From an uncultured delta proteobacterium (GTDB taxonomy: Bacteria > Myxococcota_A > Polyangia > Polyangiales > Polyangiaceae), in NCBI GenBank assembly GCA_963696385.1, contig CAVOKF010000004.1:320001-384000 (forward strand): DNA of 64,000 bases, read 5' to 3'. The notes below the pieces were generated by a model. That model worked only from the letters and a program-made list of their open reading frames with translations. It made no database searches and had not been told where the DNA came from. Both the position numbers and the translations under genes were made by a program. Shown here piece by piece: positions 20,263-33,604 of this stretch. Positions within the stretch are counted from its first letter, which is position 1. Each line of letters opens with the position of its first letter.

Positions 20263-22125
20263 CTACTCGGCGGCGGCCGATAGGTCGGCGACGGGGCTCT
20301 CGCCGATTTTCGCCCTCGACGCCTTTCGGGCCTCCACGAGCAGTTTCGCGTCGAACTTCGCGCGTTGGAGGACCTCCGGCGCGGCCTCCACGGCGCCCTT
20401 CACGACCTTCACCACGAGGTGCGGGCCTTGGTGGGCGAGCTTCGCGGACTTGGTTCCCATCCCCGAAAGACGCTCCTTCCACCGTTCGGTCCGCGTCTTC
20501 GTGATATACGGAGCCACCGCCGCCACGAGGTCCGCGGCGCTGCCCGCATAGGCGTGCGGCGCCCGGTAGAGCGGGGACGCAAAACGGGGGCTCGCCTCGA
20601 GAAACGTCTTCACTTGTTGGCGCGTCAGGCCGTGAGTCTCGAGCGCGCGGTCGTACTCGGCCATCGCGACCTGCTTGGCCTTGAACAGGTACATCTGCAC
20701 GCGCGAGTAGAAGTTCACGCGCCCGTCGCCGCTGGTCTCCACCGGACAAAAGATGCTTCCGGGATACCGTTCCGCAATCGCCGATTGCACCCCGTCCGAC
20801 ACTCCCGCGCTCGGCATGCAGCCGAACGGTTTCACGCTGAGCGTCATGTGCGACTTGGAGTGGATCGTGTTCATGATCAACTTGCCCACCTCCATGTGTC
20901 CCTCGCCGCCGCGCAGATCGTTATTGTAATAGTCATGGCTGATCTTCGCGATGTCATCCATGTTCGGCAGCTTGTAGCCGTAGAGACCCGCCGTGTACGC
21001 GAACGTCTGAAAGAGCGCGCGGATCGCGAAGCCGGCGCCGGTGAGCGCGGCCAGTTTCTTGGCGACGCCGAAGGGGTCGTCCGCGATCCCGCCCAGCCCG
21101 TATTTCGCCGAGTCCCCAGCCCGGAGATCCGCGCGATCGCGCGTGTCGTGCTTGCCCTCCCAGACGGTATAAAGGAGCCACGCTGTGACGAGTTGGACGT
21201 CGGCCTCGGCCCCTTCGCTCTCGAGAAAGCGTTGCAGTTGATAGTTGCCGTCGCCCTCGGTGGTCATCGCCCAGAACTCGCCGATGATGCTGACCTTCGG
21301 CTTGGCAAGGGTTCGGTCGACTTTCACACGGGCGAGGATGGGCTTGCACTGCCCCAACGCCAAGAGGATGTTGGTTCGGCCCTCGAGAGCCTTGTAAATG
21401 ATCTCCTTGCATCGATCGATCGCCCGGTCCGTGTCGCCGGCGGTGACCTCGAAGGGCCGGATGCGATAGCCCAACGCATTGAGCACATCACCCGCGACAA
21501 TGGCTTTGACGATGGCCCAAAAGAAAGCCGGGTTGAGCTCCAGGCCGGACTCCTCGCCGGTCGCCTGCTTCAGTCCGCCGGTCTGCTGAAAGAGCACGAC
21601 TTTGAACCCGTCAAAGCCCGCATCGCGGAGCGCCTTTCGGTACTCGGTCACGTACATGCCGAAACGGCAAGGGCCGCAGGCTCCGGCGGTGAGAAAGACG
21701 TACTTGTCCACGACTTCCTTTGCGGTCATCCCGTGCTTGTCCCGAAGCGTGATGAGGTACTTCACGAGGTTGCCCACCGTGAAGTAGGTCGGGTTGCATT
21801 GCCCTCGGTTGCCGAACTCCTTGCCGACCTGCAGTCCTTCGTTGGTCGGGCACTCGAGCATCTGCACGTTGTAGCCCGCGCCGCGTAGACCGGCTTCCAC
21901 GAAGGTATCGTGCGCCAGGGTCAGACCGCCGACCAGCATGGTGATCTTGGCCTTCTCCCGTTTGGTGAAGGTGAGGCCCGCCATGTCTTCGATCCAGTGT
22001 TCGGTCTTCGCGTCGAGCCCGAGACGTTTGCGCTCCTCTTCTTCGAAGCGTTTCAACTCCGCGTCCATGTCGACGAGCGGGAGTGACTTCTTGTTCAGGC
22101 CAACGACGCTTGCGTTCATGGACAT
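20263..22125 (-). CDS. 2-hydroxyacyl-CoA dehydratase-like reductase/dehydratase component (PlsR-like)
   Basis: GQCNPTYFTVG, GACGPCRFGMY, IIGEF, GGEGHMEV, KPFGCMP: Cys motifs of the activase-associated dehydratase family. Confidence 0.75.
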   Translation of the reverse strand: MSMNASVVGLNKKSLPLVDMDAELKRFEEEERKRLGLDAKTEHWIEDMAGLTFTKREKAKITMLVGGLTLAHDTFVEAGLRGAGYNVQMLECPTNEGLQVGKEFGNRGQCNPTYFTVGNLVKYLITLRDKHGMTAKEVVDKYVFLTAGACGPCRFGMYVTEYRKALRDAGFDGFKVVLFQQTGGLKQATGEESGLELNPAFFWAIVKAIVAGDVLNALGYRIRPFEVTAGDTDRAIDRCKEIIYKALEGRTNILLALGQCKPILARVKVDRTLAKPKVSIIGEFWAMTTEGDGNYQLQRFLESEGAEADVQLVTAWLLYTVWEGKHDTRDRADLRAGDSAKYGLGGIADDPFGVAKKLAALTGAGFAIRALFQTFAYTAGLYGYKLPNMDDIAKISHDYYNNDLRGGEGHMEVGKLIMNTIHSKSHMTLSVKPFGCMPSAGVSDGVQSAIAERYPGSIFCPVETSGDGRVNFYSRVQMYLFKAKQVAMAEYDRALETHGLTRQQVKTFLEASPRFASPLYRAPHAYAGSAADLVAAVAPYITKTRTERWKERLSGMGTKSAKLAHQGPHLVVKVVKGAVEAAPEVLQRAKFDAKLLVEARKASRAKIGESPVADLSAAAE

Positions 22126-22141
22126 GGTTCGTTCTCCCAGT

Positions 22142-25765
<3,624 letters not shown>

Positions 25766-25785
25766 TCGGTGGCCTCCGCAGGACT

Positions 25786-25800
25786 GGACTGGCGTGTCAG
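25786..25800. promoter_or_regulatory. Candidate TetR operator, site 1
   Basis: GGACTGGCGTGTCAG within the larger imperfect palindrome ggactggactggcgtgtcagtcagtcc, ~20 bp upstream of the activase start. Confidence 0.5.
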
Positions 25801-25950
25801 TCAGTCCGTCGTAACGCGAACGGACTCCCGGGGGAAGGCTCTTTTTGCGGCCCCCGACTTCGCGGAAACGGGCTGATTCGTGCAAGTGCGCGCTTCGCTG
25901 AGGCTTCTTTGGGGCGCGAAACAATCCCGTGACACCCGGACCGACCTCAA

Positions 25951-25966
25951 CTGACCGGCGTGTCAG
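25951..25966. promoter_or_regulatory. Candidate TetR operator, site 2
   Basis: CTGAC-CGGCGT-GTCAG palindrome; 13/15 identical to site 1. Confidence 0.5.
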
Positions 25967-26157
25967 CTGGAGCGGCCAACGTCTTGGCGGGCCCAGGATT
26001 TCTAGGCGTTTGGCCGCTCGCAAGGCGGGCCACGACGAGGAATGCCGCAGCAGGCGAGGGGGGAGCAACGCCGCGAGAGGCGGCAAAGTCCGCACCAAGC
26101 CGACCGGGGCCCACGTGTTCGCTAGGTCGGCATGGTAGTGTTCGCCGCTTAGAATCG

Positions 26158-26841
26158 ATGCGTAAGGCCGAGAGACGGCAGAAAATTTTGAACCACGCTC
26201 GCGATGTGTTCGCGCGTCGTGGCTATCACGAGGCCAAGATCGAAGACATCGTGGCTGCCGCCGCCATCGCACGCGGTACGTTCTATTTGTACTTCAAGGA
26301 CAAGCGCACGATTTTCGAGGAGATCGTGGATCGCGCCTTCACGCAAATCGGCATGGCGATCGTCCGCGTCGATCCGAGGGATCCGGGGCGGAGCGTGGCC
26401 GATCAGGTGCACGAGAACATCCGCCGCATCGTGAGGACGCTTCTCGAAGATCGGTCGACGACGAAAATTCTGCTTACCGCTGCGGTGGGCCTGGACCCGA
26501 CGTTCGACCGCAAGTTGGCGTCGTTTTACGGGGTGGTCGAGAACCTCTTGGAGGAAAGCTTGCGCGAGGGACAAGATCTCGGAGTGGTCGCGCCCGGGGA
26601 CGCGCGAATGTTCGCTTATCTGATTTTGGGAGCGATGAAGGAAATCCTCTACCAGGTCGTCCATCGAGAAACGGCGTATTCGGAAAAGGAGATCGTCGGC
26701 GGCATCTACGATTTTCTGGGACACGGCTGCTTGCGTGTCCACGGGACTCCCAATCCGGATTCGGCGCGCGAGGCCGGTGCGCCCCGCGCCCACGTGGCTC
26801 GGGGGCGAAGGTGGGTCAACGACAAGCCCCGATCACCCTGA
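26158..26841 (+). CDS. TetR/AcrR family transcriptional regulator
   Basis: ARDVFARRGYHEAKIEDIVAAAAIARGTFYLYFKDK helix-turn-helix; start could lie slightly upstream. Confidence 0.92.
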   Translation: MRKAERRQKILNHARDVFARRGYHEAKIEDIVAAAAIARGTFYLYFKDKRTIFEEIVDRAFTQIGMAIVRVDPRDPGRSVADQVHENIRRIVRTLLEDRSTTKILLTAAVGLDPTFDRKLASFYGVVENLLEESLREGQDLGVVAPGDARMFAYLILGAMKEILYQVVHRETAYSEKEIVGGIYDFLGHGCLRVHGTPNPDSAREAGAPRAHVARGRRWVNDKPRSP

Positions 26842-26882
26842 CGGGCGCAGGAGGGCTCGTCTTCCATGGGCGCACTCTTCTC

Positions 26883-27158
26883 TCAGGGGGCAGAGTCGTC
26901 GTGCACTTCCGGAGCGACTCGCGGAATGCACGTCCCATCGTATCGGGTCGCGATGCAGGTGTATTCGATCCATTTGCCGCATCCGCGCGCGACGTAGACG
27001 CCGCCCCGGGCCCGGTAGGCCAAGACGTGTTCGACCGGGCATGGGAGATCCGAAGCGCCGGCATTTCTGGCCCATCCTGCGAGATCCAGCGCGCAGGCTG
27101 GGACAAACGGCGTCACGGCTGAAATGACCGCATAGGAAAACCAGCGCCGCGAACTCAT
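26883..27158 (-). CDS. Small secreted/lipoprotein, Cys-containing hypothetical
   Basis: Signal-like N-terminus ending VPAC; DLPCP...YVARGCGK..EYTC pattern. Confidence 0.55.
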   Translation of the reverse strand: MSSRRWFSYAVISAVTPFVPACALDLAGWARNAGASDLPCPVEHVLAYRARGGVYVARGCGKWIEYTCIATRYDGTCIPRVAPEVHDDSAP

Positions 27159-27273
27159 CGAGTGCGAGATGAGCATCGTTCGTGCCACCCGTCGGGGGTC
27201 CGGCGGGGCCCGCGGCGTCCGGGCGAACGCTTCGCGTTCCGCCGTCTGGGGGCTTCTGTCATATTCGTGAAAC

Positions 27274-27652
27274 GTGTCGCTCCCGTTCACCCGAAACAAA
27301 CGCCAGTACCCGCGGGTTCGGCCCGACCCCAAGGCGCCGGTCGAGGTTCACATCATGGGGGTTGGGTCTCTCGACGTCGTTCGCGCCCGGGACATCGGCG
27401 TCGGCGGAGTGGGTGTTCGCTTCTCGCACAATTTCGCCGGATCCGACACGAACGCAGCGGTCGAGCTGGTGCTCATTCTGCCCCGCGAAGAGGCCTTCAT
27501 CGTCCGCGGCGTCATCCGCCATCTTTCGAGCGAAGGCGGCGATCACGATTTCCGGAGTTGCGTTCGAGTCGTTGACGGCCGAACACCGCGCCCGCATCGA
27601 GCGGTACGTGGCCCAGCGGTTGGCCGAGGGAGCCGGGGTCTCGAGCGGGTGA
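27274..27652 (+). pseudogene. PilZ domain protein with a +1 frameshift at ~27553 (pseudogene or assembly indel)
   Basis: KRQYPR and DIGVGG in frame 27274; removing one C at ttcc (27550-27553) joins ...DHDF to GVAFESLTAEHRARIERYV in frame 27182..27652. Confidence 0.72.
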
Positions 27653-27836
27653 GGGTCAACCGCGGCCGCTCATTCGGTGACGTGCGCGGACCGTCCGCGC
27701 TGCGACATGCTGTGAGGCGACTGGGGTCGAGGTGGGGTTGGGGTCGGTGTGAATTCGGCCCGACGTTCACTCACAAGAATGCCCTGCATGGATGCGATGA
27801 CTTCAGAAAATTGCAGCCCTGCCGTTTAACATCACG

Positions 27837-30188
27837 ATGCGTGTCTCAAGATTCGGCGTCGCTCTTTTGGGAGCACTTGGTTGGGCCACCGGTTTGGCGG
27901 CGTGTGGGAGCGACGACGGCATGTCGACGTTCCATGCCCCCAGCCCATGGAAGCTCGACGCTGGCGGGGTGGTGGCGCCTTCCGGTGGGTTCGATGCGTC
28001 GTCGGGCAGCAACGGGTCCGCTCTCCTCGTCGGGGGCGGCTCTTCGGATGCCGGCGCATGGATCGACTCCGCGATCATCGATGCGGTGGACGCCGACGGC
28101 CCACTTGCCGTCGCGGTGACGCAAAGCGCGATCGACGTTAAGTACGGGCAAGCCACGCCGACGGTCACCGCCTCGGCCTCGATCCAAGGGCAGCCGGTGG
28201 CGGCCTCATTTTCGATCGATCGTGGCCAGGTCGGATCGATCAATGCCTCGACCGGCGTCCTCGTGCCGACGGGCCTCGTGGGCGGCGTCGTGACGGTGAC
28301 GGCCACATGGGGCGGGCAGCAAGCCACGGTCCAGGTCACGGTGCGTGTCCAATGGGTGCAGGATGGCGGGGCCAGCGCCGAGACCGACGCGGGAGACGCC
28401 GACGCCGATAGCGCCGGTACCGGCGGCAGTGGCGGTGTAGGCGGCGAGGGCATCGGCGGTCCCGTCGACGCGACCGCTGCGGCGGCGTTTCAGGGCTCGC
28501 CCACAACCGATTCCAGTCTCTCGTTTCTGTATCCCTACGATCAGACCATCTGGCCGCAAGGCCTCCTTGCACCCCTGTTGCAGTGGAGCACGACCGAGAG
28601 TTACGACGCCGTCTCCATCCATCTGCAAGAGAACGCGTTCGACTATCAGGGTACCTTCGCAAAGACGGCGACCCCGTTCATCCATCACCCGATCCCCCAA
28701 CCCGCGTGGGACGCTCTCTCCGCGTCGAATCAGGGGGAGGCCGTCACGGTAACCCTGGTCTTCGCGGCGGGTGGCGTAGCGTACGGCCCGATCACCGAAA
28801 CCTGGCAGATCGCGCAAGGGTCACTGACCGGTACCGTCTACTACAACTCTTACGGGACCAATCTCGCACACAACTACTGCTGCACGCTGGGCGGTGCGAA
28901 GTTCGGCGGCGCCACACTCGCCATCAAGCGCGGCGCGACCGACCCGGTGCTCATCGCGGGCAACGACAGCGAATGCCGAGTGTGTCACACCGTGAGCGCG
29001 AATGGTTCCCGGTTGGTCACGAGTCGCGGCGAGTCGACTTCCGACCTCGGCTCTTCGAGTTATGCACTGACGGGCGGCCTGGCCGAGACCGCGTTGTCGC
29101 CGGACGACGGCCGCTACAACTGGGGCGCAATCGACCCGACCGGCTCCTTTCTTCTCGCGAACAACGCTCCGGTTCAGGGCGGCGGTTACAGCGGGACGAC
29201 CCAAATTTTCGGCCTCGGCGACGGCGGCATCGTGCCCTCCACCGGGATCCCGGACGGGCTCGAAGTGGGTTCTCCGGTGTTTTCTCCCGACGGCATGCAC
29301 GTCGCGTTCAACCTTTACGCCGGTGGTTCGCCGGACGGGGGCACCGCCGATGGCAAGTCGCTCGCGATGATGGATTACGACCCGACCACGAGCGCATTTT
29401 CGAATTTCCAGACGATCTACACGCCTCCCTCGGGTTACACGGTCTGGCCGTCGTTTCTGCCGACGAGCAACGCCATCGTCTTCGAACTGGAGACGGTCTC
29501 GAACGGGCTCTGGGGTGAGACGCGCAAGTGTCCCGGCGGGCCGTCGTGCTCCAACCCCGGCACCCAAGCCCAGCTCTGGTGGGTCGATGTGGCGACTAAG
29601 CTTGCCGTTCCGTTGTCGAACCTCAACGGCGTCGGTTACTTGCCCGTGGAATCGGAGGCGGGTCATGCCGACGACACCGTCTTCAATTACGAACCCACGG
29701 TCAACCCCGTGCCGAGCGGGGGCTACGCTTGGGTGGTCTTCACGAGCCGGCGCCTCTACGGCAACATCGCGACGATAGACCCCTATTGGAGCGACCCGCG
29801 CTACTTCGATCTGACCGTGAGCCCTACGCCCAAAAAGCTCTGGGTGGCGGCCATCGACCTGAACGCTCCCGCGGGGACCGACCCCAGTCACCCGGCCTTC
29901 TATCTGCCGGCGCAAGAGCTGCTCGCGGGCAATTCGCGCGGCTACTGGGTGGTCGACGCGTGCGCCCAGAACGGTTCCAGTTGTCTGACGGGCGACCAAT
30001 GCTGCGGCGGTTACTGCAGCGACGGCGACGGCGGTCTCGTCTGCAGCAACCAGCCTCCCGCCTGCTCCACGGAATACGACAAATGCACCCAAACGAGCGA
30101 CTGCTGCGGTGCGGCAGAGGGAATGCAGTGCATCGGCGGCCGGTGCGCGCTCGCCAGCCCCCCGCCCCCGCCCACGGTCATTCGTTAG
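27837..30188 (+). CDS. Lipoprotein with TolB/PD40-like propeller region and Cys-rich C-terminal tail
   Basis: Lipobox LAAC; YPYDQT.WP, GTVYYNSY, CRVCH, PVFSPDG, WVVFTSRR, DPSHPAFYLP; terminal CC-containing repeats. Confidence 0.75.
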   Translation: MRVSRFGVALLGALGWATGLAACGSDDGMSTFHAPSPWKLDAGGVVAPSGGFDASSGSNGSALLVGGGSSDAGAWIDSAIIDAVDADGPLAVAVTQSAIDVKYGQATPTVTASASIQGQPVAASFSIDRGQVGSINASTGVLVPTGLVGGVVTVTATWGGQQATVQVTVRVQWVQDGGASAETDAGDADADSAGTGGSGGVGGEGIGGPVDATAAAAFQGSPTTDSSLSFLYPYDQTIWPQGLLAPLLQWSTTESYDAVSIHLQENAFDYQGTFAKTATPFIHHPIPQPAWDALSASNQGEAVTVTLVFAAGGVAYGPITETWQIAQGSLTGTVYYNSYGTNLAHNYCCTLGGAKFGGATLAIKRGATDPVLIAGNDSECRVCHTVSANGSRLVTSRGESTSDLGSSSYALTGGLAETALSPDDGRYNWGAIDPTGSFLLANNAPVQGGGYSGTTQIFGLGDGGIVPSTGIPDGLEVGSPVFSPDGMHVAFNLYAGGSPDGGTADGKSLAMMDYDPTTSAFSNFQTIYTPPSGYTVWPSFLPTSNAIVFELETVSNGLWGETRKCPGGPSCSNPGTQAQLWWVDVATKLAVPLSNLNGVGYLPVESEAGHADDTVFNYEPTVNPVPSGGYAWVVFTSRRLYGNIATIDPYWSDPRYFDLTVSPTPKKLWVAAIDLNAPAGTDPSHPAFYLPAQELLAGNSRGYWVVDACAQNGSSCLTGDQCCGGYCSDGDGGLVCSNQPPACSTEYDKCTQTSDCCGAAEGMQCIGGRCALASPPPPPTVIR

Positions 30189-30397
30189 GCCGAGGGCAGG
30201 CGCCTACGAGGCCGAGCCTCGAAATGCCTCATGCGTCTGCGCCGCCACGACGGCCCCGACGGCCGATGCGCGCGCGGCTGCCCGTGAGTCCTGGGAGCGG
30301 ATCGTCGCGCTCTTCGGTGAAGCGTTGCCGAAGAGCTAGCGCCCAGCAGTCTCGTGGCAGACTGGGCTTGCGCGGCTCAGCAGCCAGCGCCGCCGCT

Positions 30398-30775
30398 TCA
30401 GGCTCGGTAGTCTGCGATCACGTCAAAGTGCAGCACCCGCGAGCACGCGCTCGGCCCCACGGAACCCCTGCACCCCTCTTCGCCGTGGAACGACGTGCCG
30501 CGCGAGCGCAAGGCGCGCATCACGTCGGTCGTCAGATCGTGCTCCCCGTCGATGCAGCGGGGATCGCCGCATGGCACGAGGAAGAGGGCGGGAGCGCAGT
30601 CGATCATGACCCGCCGCGTGTAGGCATTGGCCCCGACGCCCGTACATTCCTCGATGTCGAGCCGCAGGCTGACCAAGTTCGGCACTTGCTCGCGAAGCCG
30701 CGGCGCTTCATCTTCGCGCCGACGTCTCTCCGCGAATCGCTGGGCTTGCGGACTATTTCGTCCCCGAAAGTTCAT
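30398..30775 (-). CDS. Conserved hypothetical protein with Cys/His cluster
   Basis: RFAERRRREDEAPRL, APALFLVPCGDPRC.DGEHDLT, GCRGSVG...CSRVL; start MNFRG at 30775. Confidence 0.65.
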   Translation of the reverse strand: MNFRGRNSPQAQRFAERRRREDEAPRLREQVPNLVSLRLDIEECTGVGANAYTRRVMIDCAPALFLVPCGDPRCIDGEHDLTTDVMRALRSRGTSFHGEEGCRGSVGPSACSRVLHFDVIADYRA

Positions 30776-31038
30776 CACTGCGATCAAGATAACCACTCCG
30801 CGGGCGGTTCGCCGGCTCGCCTCGTCGAATGACCGCTCGCTTGGGGTGCGCCCAAGCCCACGACGAGGTCGAGCCCCGTGAAGCGGCGCTGTCACCGAGA
30901 GGTGAAACACGAAGCTGGACCGAGAGCCCGCTCGGTCGTTGTCCGCGTAGCCGAAGAGGCGAGCCAATCGCCGTTCGCGGAATCGAACGCTGGACCTGTC
31001 GCCGGGCGCCTTTTCCAACTAGCGTCGCTGACGCTGCC

Positions 31039-31476
31039 GTGCCGAAATTGAACGGGTGCGCGTTTTGCGCCATCGTGGAGGGCCGCACACGCGCACAAAT
31101 CGTACTGCAAGACGACCTCCACCTTGGGTTTTTGGATACCAGGCCCGTTTTTCCCGGGCACGTGCTCATCGTTCCGCGCTCGCACCACCCGACGCTCGCC
31201 GACGTGCCAAAAAGCGAGATCGGCCCCCTCTTCGAAAAGGTGCAGCGGCTTTGCCAAGCGATCGAGCGCGGCCTGGACGCCGAGGGAACGTTCGTCGCCG
31301 TAAACAACCGGATCAGCCAGAGTGTTCCCCACGTGCATGTTCACGTGGTGCCGCGGCGAAAGGGGGACGGCCTTCGTGGCTTCTTCTGGCCTCGGCACCC
31401 TTACGCCACCGAGGACGATGCCGAAGCGATCGCAGCCAAGGTGCGCGCCGCCCTTGCTTCGCTGCCTGCCGGTTGA
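31039..31476 (+). CDS. HIT family hydrolase
   Basis: CAFC, GHVLIVP, QSVPHVHVHVVPR histidine triad. Confidence 0.92.
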   Translation: MPKLNGCAFCAIVEGRTRAQIVLQDDLHLGFLDTRPVFPGHVLIVPRSHHPTLADVPKSEIGPLFEKVQRLCQAIERGLDAEGTFVAVNNRISQSVPHVHVHVVPRRKGDGLRGFFWPRHPYATEDDAEAIAAKVRAALASLPAG

Positions 31477-31529
31477 AAGGCCTCCCGAGGTCGGCATGCC
31501 GGCCGCTTGGCCGCAGCCCTGTCGGTGGC

Positions 31530-32150
31530 TCAGGAAGTTGGGATCGTCTTGCGCCACACCTCCAGTTCCTGAATCCACCCAAACCACTTCTGAATGTTCG
31601 CGAAGTCCCTGACCGGGATTTGGCCGGGCCCTGTGTACATGAGCGGCGCCGCGACGGCCAGGTCCGCGAGGGTCAACGTCGTCCCACACAGATAGTTCCG
31701 CTCGGCCAGGTGGTCATCGAGCACCTTGCCGAAGCGGACGACTTCGCGTTCACCCAGCGCCACGATGCTCGGGTCAGGTTCACCTTCGCCTCGCATTCGT
31801 TTGATCACGTGCTGCTGGACCAGCAGCGCGATGTTGGTGCTCCAGTGCGCGGCCGACCAGAAGAGCCATCGATTGACGTCGGCTCGTGCAAACCGATCCG
31901 TCGGGTAAAGCGCGTCGGCCGGCGCTTGGTCAGCCAGGTACTGCATGATGGCGTGCGACTCCCACAACACGCGATCGCCATCCACCAAGGTCGGGACCTT
32001 GCCCATCGGATTGAGCGCCAAGTACTCGGCCTTCTGGTTGTCGCCCGCACGGAGGTCGACGAGAACCAATTCCACATCGACGTCGAGAAGCAACGCTGTC
32101 ATGACAGTCTTGCGGGCATTGGCGGAAAACGGATGATGGTAAAGGTGCAC
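31530..32150 (-). CDS. Glutathione S-transferase family protein
   Basis: LNPMGKVPTL, LWESHAI.QYL, TLADL; GTG start at 32150 is probable. Confidence 0.92.
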   Translation of the reverse strand: MHLYHHPFSANARKTVMTALLLDVDVELVLVDLRAGDNQKAEYLALNPMGKVPTLVDGDRVLWESHAIMQYLADQAPADALYPTDRFARADVNRWLFWSAAHWSTNIALLVQQHVIKRMRGEGEPDPSIVALGEREVVRFGKVLDDHLAERNYLCGTTLTLADLAVAAPLMYTGPGQIPVRDFANIQKWFGWIQELEVWRKTIPTS

Positions 32151-32454
32151 GTCGGCCTTCGTGACCGAGGATATCTCTACCTCATGAGCGTGGGTCCGGG
32201 TCGCCAAATGCTAGGTCGGTGCGGCAGGCCGCTTCGTCTCGCCATGGGACGGGGGCCCGATCTCGCGTTTCCGGTTGCCGGTTGCCGGCTGCCGCGCGGC
32301 CCGGGGCCGTTCGGGCGTCCTTTTTTCGGCACGCGGGCGATCAAGGGATCTTGGTACAGTGCAGGTGATAGGTGTGCGTAAGTGACTGCGCAGGGCTCGC
32401 CGAACAGGGGTCTGCGACGCTCTATCCCTTCGTGACCGACCAGGCGGCGCCCCG

Positions 32455-33096
32455 ATGTCGTTCGTCTCGTACTTCGTCCTCTCGCTCGGCTCGCTCTTCT
32501 CCGTCGTCGACCCTTTCACGGCGGTTCCTATTTTCCTTGCGCTCGTCGGGACGCAGTTGCGTACGGTCAGGGTTGCGACGGCGATACGCGCCTCGGTCAC
32601 GTGCTTCGTGGTCCTCACGGCCTTCGGTTTGGCCGGCAATGTCATCTTCGGCTTTTTCGGCATCACGTTGTCTGCCTTCAAGATCGCAGGCGGTATTCTT
32701 CTCTTCGGCATCGGCTTCGACATGATGCGCGCCAAGCGCAGCGATACGCGGGCCACCGCGAAGGAGGCGACCGACGCCGAGGCGAGAGAGGACGTCGGTG
32801 TCATCCCGCTGGGGGTCCCGCTGCTCGCCGGGCCGGGCGCCATCGCCACGGTCATGGTGCTCATCGGCAAAGCTCGCGAGGTCGGGGAGCGGGCCAGTCT
32901 ATTCGTGGCCATCGCGGTCGTGAGCGCGGTGAGCCTCATCACCCTGCGATTGGCCGAATTCGTCGTACGGGCGCTCGGCAACACCGGGCTCAACATCGTA
33001 GGGCGGGTGATGGGGCTCATCCTCGCGGCGGTGGCTACGCAGTTCGTCATCGACGGGCTTTATGGCGCATTCCCCCGTGTGCTCGGTCGGGTGTGA
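32455..33096 (+). CDS. marC: MarC family integral membrane protein
   Basis: VVDPFTAVPIF, FKIAGGILLF, PLGVPLLAGPGAI, GRVMGLILAAVA. Confidence 0.9.
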   Translation: MSFVSYFVLSLGSLFSVVDPFTAVPIFLALVGTQLRTVRVATAIRASVTCFVVLTAFGLAGNVIFGFFGITLSAFKIAGGILLFGIGFDMMRAKRSDTRATAKEATDAEAREDVGVIPLGVPLLAGPGAIATVMVLIGKAREVGERASLFVAIAVVSAVSLITLRLAEFVVRALGNTGLNIVGRVMGLILAAVATQFVIDGLYGAFPRVLGRV

Positions 33097-33189
33097 CCGT
33101 GTGGCACGTTTCGGCGGGATCGCGGCTCGCGAGCCGGCCGGTATCGCTCGCAGCGGCCCGTGCCAAGTCCAGACGTCGCGCCCGCCACA

Positions 33190-33205
33190 CGGCACGTCAT
33201 TTGCA
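33190..33205 (+). promoter_or_regulatory. Putative sigma54 (-24/-12) promoter
   Basis: CGGCACG-TCAT-TTGCA fits TGGCACG-N4-TTGCW with one mismatch and lies ~35 bp upstream of the next ATG. Confidence 0.6.
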
Positions 33206-33238
33206 CACACCATCCACGACCCAACAAGGAGGACCGCC

Positions 33239-33511
33239 ATGAGCCAAGCACGAAACGACCTGAAGGCTGAGTTCGACAAGAGTCTCGCGCAGCTGCAAAC
33301 GCTGCGCGATCAAGTGCGCGTCAAAATCCACCTCGCCGGGCTCGACGCGAAGGCCGAATGGACCAAGTTGCAGCCTCGGCTCGAGGCCGCCGAGAAGACG
33401 GCGGTCGAGGCCGCCGCGAAGGCCGCGGGAGACGTGAGCGCGGCCACGAAGTCCGCGGTCGACGACGCCGTGAAGGCCCTGAAGGAATTCCGCGCAAACT
33501 TCAAGGCATAG
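33239..33511 (+). CDS. Small helical hypothetical protein (90 aa)
   Basis: Strong AAGGAGG RBS; LRDQVRVKIHLAGLDAKAEW motif; Ala/Lys-rich helix. Confidence 0.8.
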   Translation: MSQARNDLKAEFDKSLAQLQTLRDQVRVKIHLAGLDAKAEWTKLQPRLEAAEKTAVEAAAKAAGDVSAATKSAVDDAVKALKEFRANFKA

Positions 33512-33604
33512 GCACCGTTCGTTCGAAGGTCCGGGATCGATCGTCCACGAGCGGGGTTCGGTGACCCGAGTTGGGTAGCCTGCGCTCGCGGCCTTCGGTT
33601 CCGG

